A stretch of DNA of 63,912 bases, the filler included, from Olpidium bornovanus S191 (taxonomy: Eukaryota > Fungi > Olpidiomycota), in NCBI GenBank assembly GCA_017911155.1. It is 27 parts of 27 records of this genome, joined end to end, with 100 filler letters (N's around TTAATTAATTAA, not from the genome) between each part and the next. Parts side by side here need not be neighbours in the genome. Positions count along the whole stretch, not along the records: positions 23,149 to 25,010 come from JAEFCI010010344.1; positions 25,111 to 27,859 come from JAEFCI010010229.1; positions 27,960 to 30,396 come from JAEFCI010000804.1; positions 30,497 to 31,536 come from JAEFCI010004796.1; positions 31,637 to 34,239 come from JAEFCI010006657.1; positions 34,340 to 37,058 come from JAEFCI010010378.1; positions 37,159 to 39,464 come from JAEFCI010008470.1; 20 more parts are not named here. One strand, written 5' to 3'. A program made the translations under genes and the position numbers. This document shows positions 24,792 through 37,243 of the stretch, piece after piece (positions within the stretch are counted from its first letter, which is position 1; each line of letters begins with the position of its first letter). The notes beneath the pieces were generated by a model. It was not told the DNA's origin. It searched no databases and saw only the letters and a program-made list of their open reading frames with translations.

Positions 24792-25226
24792 TCAGGGAAG
24801 GGGGCCTGCCGCAGGGTCAGTTCGGGGGCGGAGAGGGGGAAGGGGGGGGGGGAGCGTTGGGGGGGCAGCCGCTCCTGCATTATCATCATCATGCCTTTCC
24901 TGTCTGGTGGAACATTTGGTAAAAATTTACCGGCGCTGTGTCTGAGACACTGTCAAAGTTTTTACACAAACTTTAAATTTGTCGAAAACACCCGGTGAAA
25001 ACGACCGGAANNNNNNNNNNNNNNNNNNNNNNNNNNNNNNNNNNNNNNNNNNNNTTAATTAATTAANNNNNNNNNNNNNNNNNNNNNNNNNNNNNNNNNN
25101 NNNNNNNNNNAACGCTAGACAAAACTAGCAAATTTCTCACTCTCACTCACTCTCTCAACAATATTTCACCACCAACGATTATAATTACACTGAAGCAGTA
25201 GCTAATTCAATACGTTCAAATAGTTT

Positions 25227-25230
25227 CATG
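25227..25230. other. Possible internal chimeric junction at CATG
   Basis: Abrupt switch from AT-rich (25111-25226) to very GC-rich sequence exactly at a CATG. Confidence 0.4.
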
Positions 25231-25690
25231 CGCGACGCGGACGACGCAAAAGGACACGCGCGGGCGCCACAGGGCCTTGCTGCCGAGCGCCGCTCCCGCG
25301 CGTCGCCACCGGGTGCAGGGTTCGACTCTCGCGGCGAACCCCGCGGGCAGGCGCGTCTCCCGCTCCAGGGTTGGTACCGTGTCCGATCCGCTGCAAACGT
25401 GGAGCGTTCCTTTCCCGTTACCGCGGCAGGGTCGGATCTCCAGCACTTTCGCGCGGGCCGCGTGGGAGGTGCGGAGGGTGGTGGACGAGGCGCGGGAGGG
25501 CCCGGTTTGCTCGCGACGGACGCGTAAGGTGGGAAGGGAGGGCACGCGTCCGTGTTGTCGGTTTGGGGGGGGACCGGGGGGAAAAACGGTTTCCGTCCGC
25601 CTCTTTTTTTTTTCTTGTTTCCCGCGTGCCGGCCCGCCTGGTACATCCCCCCTTCCCCTTCGTCACGCCCTGAATAAGGATCTCACTCAT

Positions 25691-25850
25691 TCTTTCTCTC
25701 TGCTCTCTCTCTCTCGCTGCTCTCTCTCTCTCTCAGTCTCTCCGTGTCTCTCTCTCAGTCTGTCTCTCTCTCTCTCTCCCCCTCCCTCTCTCCTTTTCTC
25801 ACTTCACCTGTTTCTCTCTGTCCATCTCTCTCGCTCTGTCTCTCTCTCCG
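25691..25850. repeat. Interrupted (CT)n microsatellite
   Basis: About 160 bp of degenerate CT/TC dinucleotide repeat. Confidence 0.9.
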
Positions 25851-26432
25851 AATGTCGCTGCGCCGCCTTCCCTGGCAACATCCTTGATTCCGCCTGCTCC
25901 GGTGAAAAAGTGAAAACAAATAAAAACAAAAAAGTAAATTGACGACGGCCTGGCGAAACGAAAGCTGCTTTTTCACGTTTGGCACCTCAAAGATTTCGCT
26001 GTTCGGCATTTCCCGTGTACACGCCGGCGCATGTGCGCCGGGGTTTTTTCCCGACAGTCCGCCGGAGGGGGAAAACCGTTGCGGTATGGCCGTTCCGCCG
26101 CACCGTGAGGCGCGTGTTCCCTCCCCTTCTGTAGCAAGCCTCCGGCCGTGGGCGACCTGCGCCGGGGGATCGGCTGTCGGCGGCTGTGCATCGGTCATCT
26201 GCGCGGGTGCGGGCACAGAAGCAGCATACGGAGCAGTGGCAGGCAGGCAACGAGTTGCCTTCCGCAATTTTTGCATTCCATTTATTTGCATTCCACGTCC
26301 CCGATCCCATCAGGCCGGAAAGAAGCGCCGCACAGGAGAAGCGACGCGCACTCCTCCCCCCCCCGAGCGCGCTTCCCCCCCCCCAAGCCGACGCCGAAGA
26401 CGGTTCGCGCCCTCGCGCCGCCCTCAAAGGAG

Positions 26433-27859
26433 ATGGCGGGCGCCGTGCTGCGAAGAACTCCGCGGTCGACCTTCGGTCCCACCCTGCGGGTGCTGCAGCG
26501 GCAGCCTGCCTCGCCGGCGCCGGGATTACTCTCTCGTCGGTTATTCGGCCGCGACAAGCGAGCCGTACTGGTTCCGTCGGTGTCCCCACCGCTGTTGCAG
26601 CTTCCCGCCCTCGCCGGTGGCTGGCCGGCGACGCGTCCGAGGCGATATTCGTCCGTCGTCGCCGACGAAGCGGCCGCGGAGGGCGTTCCGATTGTCGCGC
26701 AGTCCACCGTGGCGAGGGAAAACTACTCCATTCCTGACGTTGACGTGCGCGGAATAAGGAACATCGGTATCGTCGCGCATATAGACGCCGGGAAGACCAC
26801 CGTGACTGAAAGAATGCTGAAATTCACCGGGTACATCAACCGGCCCGGAGGTAGGCGGCTGCAGACGTGTAACGGAGACTCTGTTTGGCTTACCGGCGCC
26901 GCAGACATGGCCAACGCTCCAACCGCACGGCGCTAATGCGTTCGATCGGCGCATCCCCTAGAGGTACACAATGGCGACACGGTCATGGATTACCTTCCGC
27001 AGGAGCAGGAGCGAGGAATAACAATAACTGCGGCAGCAATCTCGTTTGGCTGGCGGAAACACCGGATAAATCTTATCGATACTCCTGGACACGTCGACTT
27101 CACCGTAGAAGTCGAACGGTCAACCAGGGTGCTGGACGGCGCAGTGGCCGTGTTCGACGCCGTAGCGGGCGTGGAGGCCCAAACAGAGACGGTTTGGAAA
27201 CAGGCCAACCGTCACGGGGTGCCCAGGTTGGCCTTTGTCAACAAGATGGACAGAGCTGGCGCCCGTTTCGGGAGAGCCGTCAGGGAGATGCGCGTGCGGC
27301 TTAACTGCCGGCCCCTGGTTCTCCAGTGGCCTGTGTTCCACGATAGCGCAACTTTCGCGGGCACGGGCACGGGGTTCAGGGGGGTGATCGACTTGATCGA
27401 GATGCTAGTTCTTGACTGGGACAAAGATTCGGAGTTCGGCGACGTCATTAATTGTACGCCTATCCACGAGGCGGCAAAGGCGGGAACCGCCGGGGAAAAG
27501 CTTCTCGAGGACGCCGTGAGGGGCCGCGCCTCTCTCATTGAGACCGTGGCCGAGCTTGATGATGAGGTGCTCGAAGCTTTGTTTGCCGCCGACGGCGATC
27601 ACACGAAGGTGGCGTCGGATGTCCTCCGCGCCGCCATTCGCCGCCTTACCATCGCCGGCGAGACGGTCCCCGTTCTGTGCGGTGCCGCATATAAAAATGT
27701 CGGTGTGCAACCCCTCCTAAACGCCGTGGTGGATTACTTGCCTTCTCCCGCGGAGAGGCCGGCGCCGCTTGCCACGCTTCCGGACGGCAGCGCGTTCCCC
27801 GTCCAGTCCGCCGACCCCAACGCTGACCTGGTGGCGTTAGCGTTTAAAGTTACGCATGA
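26433..27859 (+). CDS. MEF2: Mitochondrial elongation factor G2 / ribosome-releasing factor 2, 5' portion
   Basis: Exon 26433-26850, intron 26851-26961, exon 26962->27859. Arg-rich transit-like N-terminus; [45 protein letters not shown]. The D.LP.E.ERGITI signature favours EF-G2 over EF-G1. Confidence 0.85.
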
Positions 27860-28524
27860 NNNNNNNNNNNNNNNNNNNNNNNNNNNNNNNNNNNNNNNNN
27901 NNNTTAATTAATTAANNNNNNNNNNNNNNNNNNNNNNNNNNNNNNNNNNNNNNNNNNNNAACTGAAGCCGTGTTTTATCGCGCGCTTGGCGTTTGTAAAG
28001 AAAGCGGAGACGCAGAAACTGCAAAAGTTGCAAGAGAAGTACTAAGAGCACTAGACTTGTGTTGTGAGTTAACGCCATGCGCGTTGCGCAGCCGGCAGCG
28101 GTAATGTTATTGATGTCAGCCGATAATAGCATTTGACGAAAGATGCTACTTTGGAAGCGAGAGCAGGCACGGCGTTTCCAGTGAAGAAAAAATTGGAGGT
28201 AGACGGAACCACTCTCGCTTCTAAAGTACGTAGAAACTGCACCACTTATACGGGAGCGCCAACAAAGCTAACCAACTTACGCGTGACCCGAACGCCAGAG
28301 ACGTTCAGCGCCGGAAGAGGTTTGCACCGATGTTTCCGCTCTTTCCTGACACTTACATTTTGACCGACCATGCAGATAGATGGCTGACGACGAGGACGTA
28401 CCCTATCGCGAATCCCTCGGCCAGTCCTGCCGTGATTCCTCGCGTATAGTGTGAGCTTCCGTGGGCTGGTGGAGATCCTCGCTGGATGGACCGCAAAGAT
28501 CGGCTGTTTTATGCAACAGCGGTA

Positions 28525-28534
28525 GTCACGTGAC
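28525..28534. promoter_or_regulatory. GTCACGTGAC E-box about 190 bp upstream of the SETD3-like start
   Basis: Exact 10-bp palindrome in intergenic position; function inferred. Confidence 0.4.
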
Positions 28535-28722
28535 AAAATTCGGCTTTGGCATCAACCGTCCGCCTGCAGAAACTTTGTCCGCCGGCAGTCGAAGTTGGAA
28601 GGAGGAGGCCGCAGCGCTTGCGAGAGAGCGCGGGCCAAAACAAGAAACCACCAGGCGGCGCCTTCGAGGACGGGCCCTCCGCGCCGCATCTTCGCCCTCG
28701 TTGCATAACCCGGCTGCCGTGC

Positions 28723-30396
28723 ATGACCGCAGGCGGCGGAGCGGCCCGCCGCGCTGCTCGTGCTGGCGGCTACGGCGAGGACGCGGAGATTAAGCTTCTC
28801 GAACGCGTGATCGCCGAGGCGTCCCGCGGCACTTGCGGCGCGAACGGCGGCCGATCCGCAGCCGCCGCGACTCCGGCGCAAGAGTGGGACGACCACGTGC
28901 GGTTGCGTGTCCTGGTTGACGAGCTTGTGCAGTTCCAGGGAGGTGCGCAGACACGGCCGGCGGAGCGCTGTAGTTGCGAAGCACTTGTGCAAGCGGGCGC
29001 TCATGTTTTGCCAACAGCGACGCAGCGCGGTGGCGCCGAACGCTTCCGTAACCAGGGTGCCGATTTCGAGGGTTTCAAGAACTGGTTGAAGTCCCACGGC
29101 GTTCGGGTTGATAACTTCGACTTCCAGAACTATGGAGACCTGGGAAACGGGATGGTGGCAGTCAGGGACTTGAAGGTTAGTCTGCCTGCTCACCGCGTCA
29201 CTACACGCGGGAGCCGTCGTTCTCTTGGAAAATGAGCCTCCGTCAGTTCAGCTTCTGTGGTCTTTTTTTTCTGGCCCCAGGTAGACGAAGTTATCGTCCA
29301 AATTCCGCTAAAGCTGATGATGACAACTGATACCGCCCTCAGTTGCCCAGAAATTGGTGAGATCATTTCTTCACCGGACAGTCACGGACTCCTGGCCCCG
29401 TTTTTTAAGATTCCATGGCAACGTGTGGTTTTTCAGCCGACCTGGCGTCCGACCCGGTCTTACAAATCATCCCGAGCTCCGTGTTGGCCCTTCACCTGCT
29501 TCGAGAATCGCTCGACCCGCAGTCGTTTTGGGCGCCGTACATCGAGCTACTACCGCGCAGGTTTGATATACCACTGTGGTACAGTCTCAGCGAACTTGAG
29601 GCGCTAAGGGGATTGTACGCGATGCGTGAGTACGGGCTCCCCTCGCGCGGTTCGCTGGACAACAATTGCTGACGTGACATCAGGTGAAGCAATACGGTTA
29701 TATCGAAATGTAATCCGTCAGTATTGGCACATTCGCCGTTTACTGAAGGTCCGTTCGAATTTCTCTGGAGTTGCGTGTGCGGCCTGGCTTTCGCCTTATG
29801 ATCATGGGCACCGAACTGCGATTGCTGAAAGTCATTTCGCGACGACAGCAACAAAGGAGACCTGCAATTCCACTGGCAAGTTTTACTTACGAGGCCTTCA
29901 TATGGGCAGTGTCACTCGTCATGACCCGGCAGAACGCAGTGCCGCTGGGAACCGGCGACGCGAAAGAACGTCTCGCGCTGGTTCCCGTCTGGGACATGTG
30001 CAACCACGAAGAGCTGCAAAATGTGCGCTACACTCCGTTCAAATCGCCGCCTGCAGGCGTCGCGGCGGATTTTTCTGTTTTATCCGCGGCGGACGTTTTT
30101 TTTTTCCGCCGTTCTGTCAGATATCGACGGCCTTCAATCCCGAAAGACGAACGCTGGAATTTTTCGCCGGCAGAGCATTCAATGCTGGCGAACAAGTGAG
30201 ACCTGGCCGTGGAGATTCTCTAGACTTTGTAACATCTCCTCCTACTCACCGGCGGGTCGCCCGGCAAGTGGAACGTAACCAATTATGGGTTCTTCCCAAA
30301 AGGTGACAAATTACTATGGAAACCGCCCGAATGTGGAACTGCTCCTTTATTCGGGTTTCGTGGACCCTGCAGCCTACCCGCGGGACGTCATCCATG
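28723..30396 (+). CDS. SETD3: SET-domain methyltransferase, SETD3-like (Rubisco-LSMT family), 3'-truncated, multi-exon
   Basis: EWDDHVRLRVLVDEL, FWAPYIELLP, SFTYEAFIWAVSLVMTRQNAVP, LALVPVWDMCNH and YGNRPNVELLLYSGF parallel human SETD3 (EWEEYVQIRTLVEKI; SFTYEDYRWAVSSVMTRQNQIP; LALIPLWDMCNH). Several GT-AG introns are visible; start inferred. Confidence 0.85.
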
Positions 30397-30496
30397 NNNN
30401 NNNNNNNNNNNNNNNNNNNNNNNNNNNNNNNNNNNNNNNNTTAATTAATTAANNNNNNNNNNNNNNNNNNNNNNNNNNNNNNNNNNNNNNNNNNNN

Positions 30497-31080
30497 CTTC
30501 TTCAGGCCCCAGAACGACGGGGTGAGCAAGAACCACGGCTTCCTCGCGCAGCCGTATTCGTCAGGAACGACCTGGTCGAGGTACAACGCCAAGATGAGGT
30601 ATACGAAGGCATTCATGACGAGATAGTTCCACGAGTGAACCGGGGGGGGAGGAACTACCGTCCCTCCCGAGTTCGGCGAGCGGTACATGTCGTCCCAGCC
30701 GAACCCCGGTCCGGCGCTAGTTTTTTTTTTTTTTTTTTTTTTTACCGAAAGGTAGGGTTGGGACGCGAGCGTTTCAGCTTCGCATCAAAGTAACTAATCA
30801 GACAAAATAAAAAAAGCCAACGTAACCGTCCGTTTTGCCTACATGAAGGTGTCGGTGAGGGCGTCGTGGGTCCCGGTGGTCAGAGAGTTCATGTCGAGCC
30901 CGAAGATCTTTCCGAAGTTGAAGAACGGCAGCATTATCAACACTTTCGCGCGAGGGAAAAAGCGACAAATATCAATCCTGCTTGTCGTCACACGTCACGT
31001 CGCGTCTACTATGTAGTGGCGACAAAGGTTGGAGTACTTCACCTTTCCAAGCGGTTGGGTCTGTGCCAGAGTCCCACCTG
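30497..31080 (-). CDS. ABC transporter subfamily A, internal transmembrane/extracellular exons
   Basis: LPFFNFGKIFGLDM..LTTG...LTDTF and PGPGFGWDDMY...WNYLVMNAFVYLILALYLDQVVPDEYGCARKPWFLLTPSFWG, the last being the typical ABCA post-TM6 Y.D.V.P..YG..R.PWF motif. Confidence 0.8.
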
Positions 31081-31224
31081 TGGTAATTTTCTTTTGTTAG
31101 CGAGAATCAATCGCGCCACGATGCGAAACCGCCGCAGAGGAGCTCTCCGCGATTGGCGAATCCGCACCAAATGTATCCAACTGCATTTTGCCAGGTGGAA
31201 AAGAGAAAAATGGTGGTGTTTTTG

Positions 31225-31332
31225 TGTGCGTGTGCGTGTGCGTGTGGTTTTGTGTTTGTGTGTTTGTGTGTTTGTGTGTTTGTGTTTGTGTGTTTGTGTT
31301 TGTGTGTTTGCGTGTTTGTGTGTTTGTGTGTG
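31225..31332. repeat. Compound (TG)n/(TTTG) microsatellite
   Basis: Run of TGTG/TGTT units, probably intronic. Confidence 0.85.
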
Positions 31333-32387
31333 AGCACGCGCGTGCGCGCGTGGGGGGTTGGGGTGAGTGGGCGGGTGAGCCACGAAACGTTAAAAAGCCC
31401 GTCGATACCGCGCGGAAAAAAAAAACATTCTTCTTTTCGGGCGGGGCACCAACTCGGCACGAGGCCCTCCTGCGGCAAAGGAAAAAGAAAAGCCCCCCCA
31501 GCTTACGCGCTGTGCTTGAAAAGACGAAGCTCATGANNNNNNNNNNNNNNNNNNNNNNNNNNNNNNNNNNNNNNNNNNNNTTAATTAATTAANNNNNNNN
31601 NNNNNNNNNNNNNNNNNNNNNNNNNNNNNNNNNNNNCATGGAGGGAATAACTTGTCTGAGGAAAAATTGTATGTATACAGCGGAGGGAAGTAGGAGGGTA
31701 ATTTGTGGTTCGGGTTCAGACGCGTGAAAAACGCAGGCCAAAACCGGCGGGGGTAGTGGTTTTTTTTTTTTGGATGTACGTGGTCACTTTCTCTCTCCGG
31801 GGTGACAAATGGGACAGGGATGGGAGGGGAGGGCGGCGCAGTCGCGGTTCCCGAGGGGATCCCTCGAGGAATACAACTAACTCCCTCTCTCTGTCGCCCG
31901 CAGAAGAAGCGGGATGAAGGTGGGGTCACCGGAAACTCGGGGGCAAACTCTGCTCCCGGACTATGGGCGCCCTGCGGTAAACGAAAGTCGTTCGGGGCGG
32001 ACGCTCCGGAAAGCAAAAAAAGAAAAAAAAATATGCGTCACATGTTCCGTAACCGTTCCCGTCGGCCGAGAAAAGCGCCGAAACCCGCCTTGCGCGGCGC
32101 GCGCCCGCAGGCGAGAAGTTCGCCGGTGGAGGTGGGGATGGGGGGGGGGGGAAGTCGACGCGAGCGCATATATGGTCTCGCGGAAGATGGTACGTGGTCA
32201 GACCAGGCTGAACTCGCGCCCTAAAGGCGAAAAACAAGGTCCGTCACGCCACATGCAGTCTTCAACGATCTCCGGTAACCGTTTTATACATTTATACATC
32301 CGCCTCCCGAAAACGGAGGGGAAAACGATAAGCGGGCAGCAAAAGCCAAGAAAAACCCCCCGAATCTTGCCGCACACCGTTCCGTTA

Positions 32388-34239
32388 TCAGTTATCGGCC
32401 GAAGACCACTTGTGCTTCACAAGGCTTTTGGTCGTGTCGCGGATGACCTTTTTGGCCTGGCCTACCAGCGGGAAGAGGTCTCCACACGAGCTCCTGCGAG
32501 CGGAATGAAACGGGACATCGCCGTGCTCCTTCCTAATTGTCATCCGCTGGATGCTCCCTGAGAGGAAACATTGGACGCCTCGGAGTCAGACATGTGCTTC
32601 GGGAGGCCAGCGAAAATGAAACAGCCTTGTGGCGAGGGGTGGCATGGGGGGCGACACCCACTGACCCTACCTTCCGGAGAGCACATGTCCATGATAACGT
32701 GACCCTTGCGCTTGATTGGCGGAAAAAGGATCCGGGGCCACCGCAAGGCCTCCCGAACGAAGTCTGCGAACCAATATAGGTGAGACATTTGCCAAGGCAA
32801 ATGAGCAGAAGTAAAGGCGCGCGCGATTCGTCGACGGGCCTATTCTTCGGTCGACCACCCACCGGGTTTCGTAGGGTCAGGACTGCGCCCGGGCCGCAGG
32901 CCTTTGCGAATGATGACATAGGAGTACCCGCAGTCAACCGTGTTGCGTCTGACGCTGCGGGCTACGCGCTGCAAAACATTGACAGCAGCGGGGAAACGCA
33001 AACGTCAACATATGCGGATAAATCATTGCTTCGAAGGAACCACTAATGTTGCGCCAGTATACAAACAGTGATGGACGGCATCTGCAACCGCTGCGAAAAA
33101 CCGCAGATGGTCGGCGAGCCAACAAGCGGGCAGAGTCCGTCGTGCGGGCACTGTCCAGCGCAAGTCGGACAACAAGGCGATAATCAACACAACAAGGTTA
33201 GACAACAATACGCAGACGAACGCGCTCGGTGGTCATAAAATCAGAGAGATCTTAGAAACTCACCGGCGCGACCACGTGGAATCCTTGCTTCGGAGGGCCG
33301 CCCATGCCTGGAACGGGGTCGGCCGTGTTGTCGCGAATGCACTCTTTCCCTTCAGCTATGATGCCGACGTTGTCGCGAAGGAGGTACTCCCGCGCCTTCG
33401 CGACGAGCTTGAAGCCCGCTGCTGTCGAGCGCTCAATGATCACCTGAAAGGTATTGGCACCGATCAGAACGCCGACGATGACCAGACAAAAAAAAACATA
33501 ACAACAGAGCACCAAAAAACCCACAAGCATCTCCGTGTGCTCCAGGAGTTCCCTCAGGATCTCCTGCTGTTGCAGCGAGGACGTGACGCGCTCGAAGGCA
33601 AAGGCGCAAACGGCGAGGTCTACCTTCTGCTCCTACATAGTGAGAAAATCCAGGAAATGAGGAAACCGGAAATGGGCGAAACGCAAAACCGCGTTCCTTT
33701 CATCGCACGCAAGGCAGGGCTCACCTTTACCATCCCCTCGAAAATTTTCCTGCAAAGCTCCATCCGCTTGGCTTCTCGTATCTCTTCTGGCAAAACTGCG
33801 GCGATGACAACGCGACGAAAACAGCGGACACCTGAGCAATCACAAACCGTTTCTAGAAAACGGATACCGCATTCAAAGGTGCATCACGCCGTACGTTTAA
33901 ACAACTTGTGAGCAGCCTTCAGCATCATCCTGGACGTGTCCACTCCGGTAAAGCTCTTTATATCCCAAAGCTCATTGGCGGCCCTTCATTCAAAAACGGG
34001 GGTTTTGGGACCATAAGAAACACGGCACTAATTCCAGGTCAGAAAACACGACCGCAAGACAGTCACTACTTGACGTCGTTAGAGAAAGAACAAAAAAGAA
34101 ACAAAAGAAAATAAAATTTACCAAAATGTGGTGCCGGGGCCCGTGCCATAATCGAGCACGGACTGCGGCTTCCAGGTCGGGTATCGCGTCTTGATCTCCT
34201 TCAGCACATTAAATATGCACGCATAGGTGGACGGCATGC
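32388..34239 (-). CDS. RSM22: Mitochondrial small-subunit assembly methyltransferase-like protein Rsm22/METTL17, 5'-truncated, multi-exon
   Basis: In order: PQSVLDYGTGPGTTFW, WAANELW, DLAVCAFAFE, IIERSTAAGFKLVAKAREYLL, HVVAP|CPHDGLCP, CGFSQRLQMP, WPRILFPPIKRKGHVIMDMCSPEG, ARRSSCGDLFP; stop at 32390-32388. Confidence 0.9.
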
Positions 34240-34510
34240 NNNNNNNNNNNNNNNNNNNNNNNNNNNNNNNNNNNNNNNNNNNNTTAATTAATTAANNNNN
34301 NNNNNNNNNNNNNNNNNNNNNNNNNNNNNNNNNNNNNNNCATGAAAACACGCTAACTACCAGTCGATACATCGTCGAGATGCTCGGCAATCCTGGCGGCG
34401 GCATTTCTGGCTTAATAACCTGGTTCAAAAAGATGAATCGACGAATGCCGTAAGCGTGATATTGTTTAATCAGGAACGAAGTCAAAATTTGCTTCGCCTT
34501 TCCGCAGCCT

Positions 34511-35551
34511 TTACCGATCGCTTTCCATTACCCGCGATAGTGCCGGGCTATTGGCAACGCTCTCGCTTCCGTCCTCGGCATCCGAAATGCTGTTCAGGAT
34601 ATCCTCGTCCGTCCGACACGGTCGAGCCTTCGAGCCGCCGGTCAGCAGCTCGCTGCCGGAAACGGCGTTCCCACCGGGCATTGCTTGCCCAGAAAGCGAA
34701 GATGGCCGCGCCCGGAACGGGGGCAGCTGGAACCCACTCTTTCCGGCCTCCAATGCATTAAATAAGCGAGTCTGGGTCGCCGTCTTTTCACGATGCGAAT
34801 CCGCCGGCGGAGGCTGCTTCTCCAAGCTGCGTAAGGACGGCGGCAATTCCTCCGAATTGCACGTCCCGTCGAGGCTGGTAGATCCTGGTTCGCCGTCTCG
34901 GTTTGGCGAGGAGAGAGTATCGACGTCCGCCAGCGGCCGACATTGGCTTCCGCAAAATCCTCCGTCGTCCACGTCGTAATCATCTTCGTAACCGTCTGCA
35001 CAAAATCCTGAATTTCCCGTCTCCTCGTCTTCTTCACTCTCTTCACTGCTTATCCCCGCCTGCAGGGTTGGTTGGCTCTGGACCCGGCCTGCGGCGTCGT
35101 CCGAACGGCAGGACGGCATGCTCATGGTCTTGAGCAATGCAAAGGGGCTTTCTGCAACCGGGCGCTGAACAAGAGGTGGGAACGCCCCGCGTCGCACAGC
35201 GGCATCTGGACTCTCCTGTGTGCAGAAGAATGGGTTGCACTCCGTTCGCGCGGCGGTGCGGTCCCGGTCAACGAAGCTTTGCAGCGAGACGCTGCGCTGG
35301 AAAATTCGCCGCGCGGGCCGCCGAGGAGAGGACGGCCCAACTGGTTTCGAGACATCTTGAGAAACACAAGCAGTCGAATTGGACAAACGCGTTGGCTGGT
35401 GCGTGTCTGTCAGAGACCTGGACTCCGCGGGGCGCGCCGCGTCTTCAGCGATCAGGTTGTCGGGCGGCCGAAACGGATCCGGTTCTGCAGGTGTTTTCTG
35501 TTTTCCTTCCGCTGTTGCGTGTAACGTCCTCCGCCGCTGTTTCGCCTGCAT
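34511..35551 (-). CDS. Hypothetical low-complexity Ser/acidic-rich protein segment
   Basis: 346-codon open frame with acidic and Ser-rich tracts and plausible downstream splice sites (about 34400-34350). No family recognised. Confidence 0.35.
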   Translation of the reverse strand: MQAKQRRRTLHATAEGKQKTPAEPDPFRPPDNLIAEDAARPAESRSLTDTHQPTRLSNSTACVSQDVSKPVGPSSPRRPARRIFQRSVSLQSFVDRDRTAARTECNPFFCTQESPDAAVRRGAFPPLVQRPVAESPFALLKTMSMPSCRSDDAAGRVQSQPTLQAGISSEESEEDEETGNSGFCADGYEDDYDVDDGGFCGSQCRPLADVDTLSSPNRDGEPGSTSLDGTCNSEELPPSLRSLEKQPPPADSHREKTATQTRLFNALEAGKSGFQLPPFRARPSSLSGQAMPGGNAVSGSELLTGGSKARPCRTDEDILNSISDAEDGSESVANSPALSRVMESDR

Positions 35552-36108
35552 TTCGCGCCGGACATGCAGAGGAGCATGAATCAGAAACCCCCGCCATGGT
35601 CACGACATCAGTAAAATTTCGGCGATGAGCTCACCCGTACTTCAGCCAGACTAAGCAGTGGCCGCTTCGTTTTCGCCGTCGGAACGGGAATCGTCATGCT
35701 GGCTGGACTTGGTACCAAACAACGCCAGCACTTGCAAGAAAAAAATATTCGGCGATTCCGGGCGTTCCGGGAGCAGATACAGTCGTAGGGCACTTTTATC
35801 CGCCAGGACGTCAGCGCAGGGTTCGAACAGCCAAATTCTTTTTTTTAGGCGAGCGGGGCGGGGCGGGGCGGACGCGGCGGCGAACGGCCGCTCGAACGGC
35901 CGCTCGGCGAGGAAAATACGGGAAGGGGAGAAACGCGCCGCCCACGCAGGAAACAAGAGCCGTGTGAAGCTTTCTCTTCCCCGCAAAGACGGGTTGCCCG
36001 TGGACGCCGCGCGGACGCCGCTTACCGCCCGCCGGGCCTTCTTCGTGCGGGAAGAGTCGCCCGGCGGTTGCCTCAAGGAGTGGCCTGCACGCGGGGGCAA
36101 ACGAGAAC

Positions 36109-36118
36109 GTCACGTGAC
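36109..36118. promoter_or_regulatory. GTCACGTGAC E-box
   Basis: Exact palindrome; the associated gene is not identified. Confidence 0.3.
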
Positions 36119-37243
36119 CGACAAATTTGCTATCTCCCCCGCCATCCGCCCCAGCCCCTCGCAACCATGTCCGTGCGATGAAAGCTGGGTTTAGCGCATA
36201 TCGAATAAATCAGTATCATCAGGCAGTCGTTTGCCCTGACCGTGTGAAGCGGCTCCGCCCCCCTCGCCTTTTTCTCTCCTCGCGCCTTCTTGTTCTACAT
36301 CGGGCGTCGACGATCGTGCCAAAGTAAGAAAGCAACCATCCTGCTCGGTTGCACAGCTGGCACAGCGTGCGACGCGGCCGATGGCGCGCATTCGGCATTA
36401 TACGTTCTGTCGCGTTGATTTTGGGGTGCTAAAGCGAGGCTGTTGCTGGCCTCCTTGAAAGCCGCGCCACATTAAAGGCCGGAGCATCACGCTTGCTTTG
36501 CCCGGCGTATTCGGCGGTGCTGACCTGATCCGTGCCGTCAAACCTGCCGGTTTTTCCCTGTCTATATGCAGCCTTTTCCGCCAGGAGCATCCGTTTCCAG
36601 TGATTTTCGCATACACCTGACGAGAAGGCACATTTAAAGGCCATAAGCCTCCGCAGCAATAAAACGGCCATCTATGCATAACAAATAATACCACGAATCG
36701 ACCTTCCCTAACCGTCAAGTGGAGACAGCGGGTTGCTGTAAGCTGCCTGGGAACCCCTACAGTGTGACTGCTCAGCTTGAATTGAACGGGGAACACAACA
36801 CCATCGTTATTGTAGCTCTTGGCCACTTTGGTACTCTCATACCGCGGCATGGTAGCATGACTGCTTGATGAGGGTGCAGGCACCCCATTACTAAGGTCAT
36901 TTCGGCATGGCCATCCCACACAGACTTTTTTGCTTGACATGTGTGGGTCAACCATTACTCGGCTTTGCAGCAGGCTAAAAGAAAATGTGGAGCAACCCTA
37001 AGCATCAATCTCGTACACACACGCATTTCTGAAGTAAAATTTTATCCATCTAGCATAANNNNNNNNNNNNNNNNNNNNNNNNNNNNNNNNNNNNNNNNNN
37101 NNTTAATTAATTAANNNNNNNNNNNNNNNNNNNNNNNNNNNNNNNNNNNNNNNNNNNNCTAGCCTCCTTTCTGTAGACCCACCGACTCATCGCTGCCGCC
37201 CCTCGAAGTTAGCCATAATTCGCGCGGGGTCGCGCTTTCTTCG

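Noticed and set aside
28280-28480. Divergent gene with a GxxxG repeat (HYTRGITAGLAEGFAIG) resembling Yae1/Lto1
   Set aside because: Too short and generic to assign; the exon chain is not resolved.
34340-35551. Cdc25/Mih1 phosphatase call for the Ser/acidic-rich ORF
   Set aside because: The low-complexity region is suggestive, but no rhodanese motifs (IIDCR, HCEFS) are visible before the contig end.
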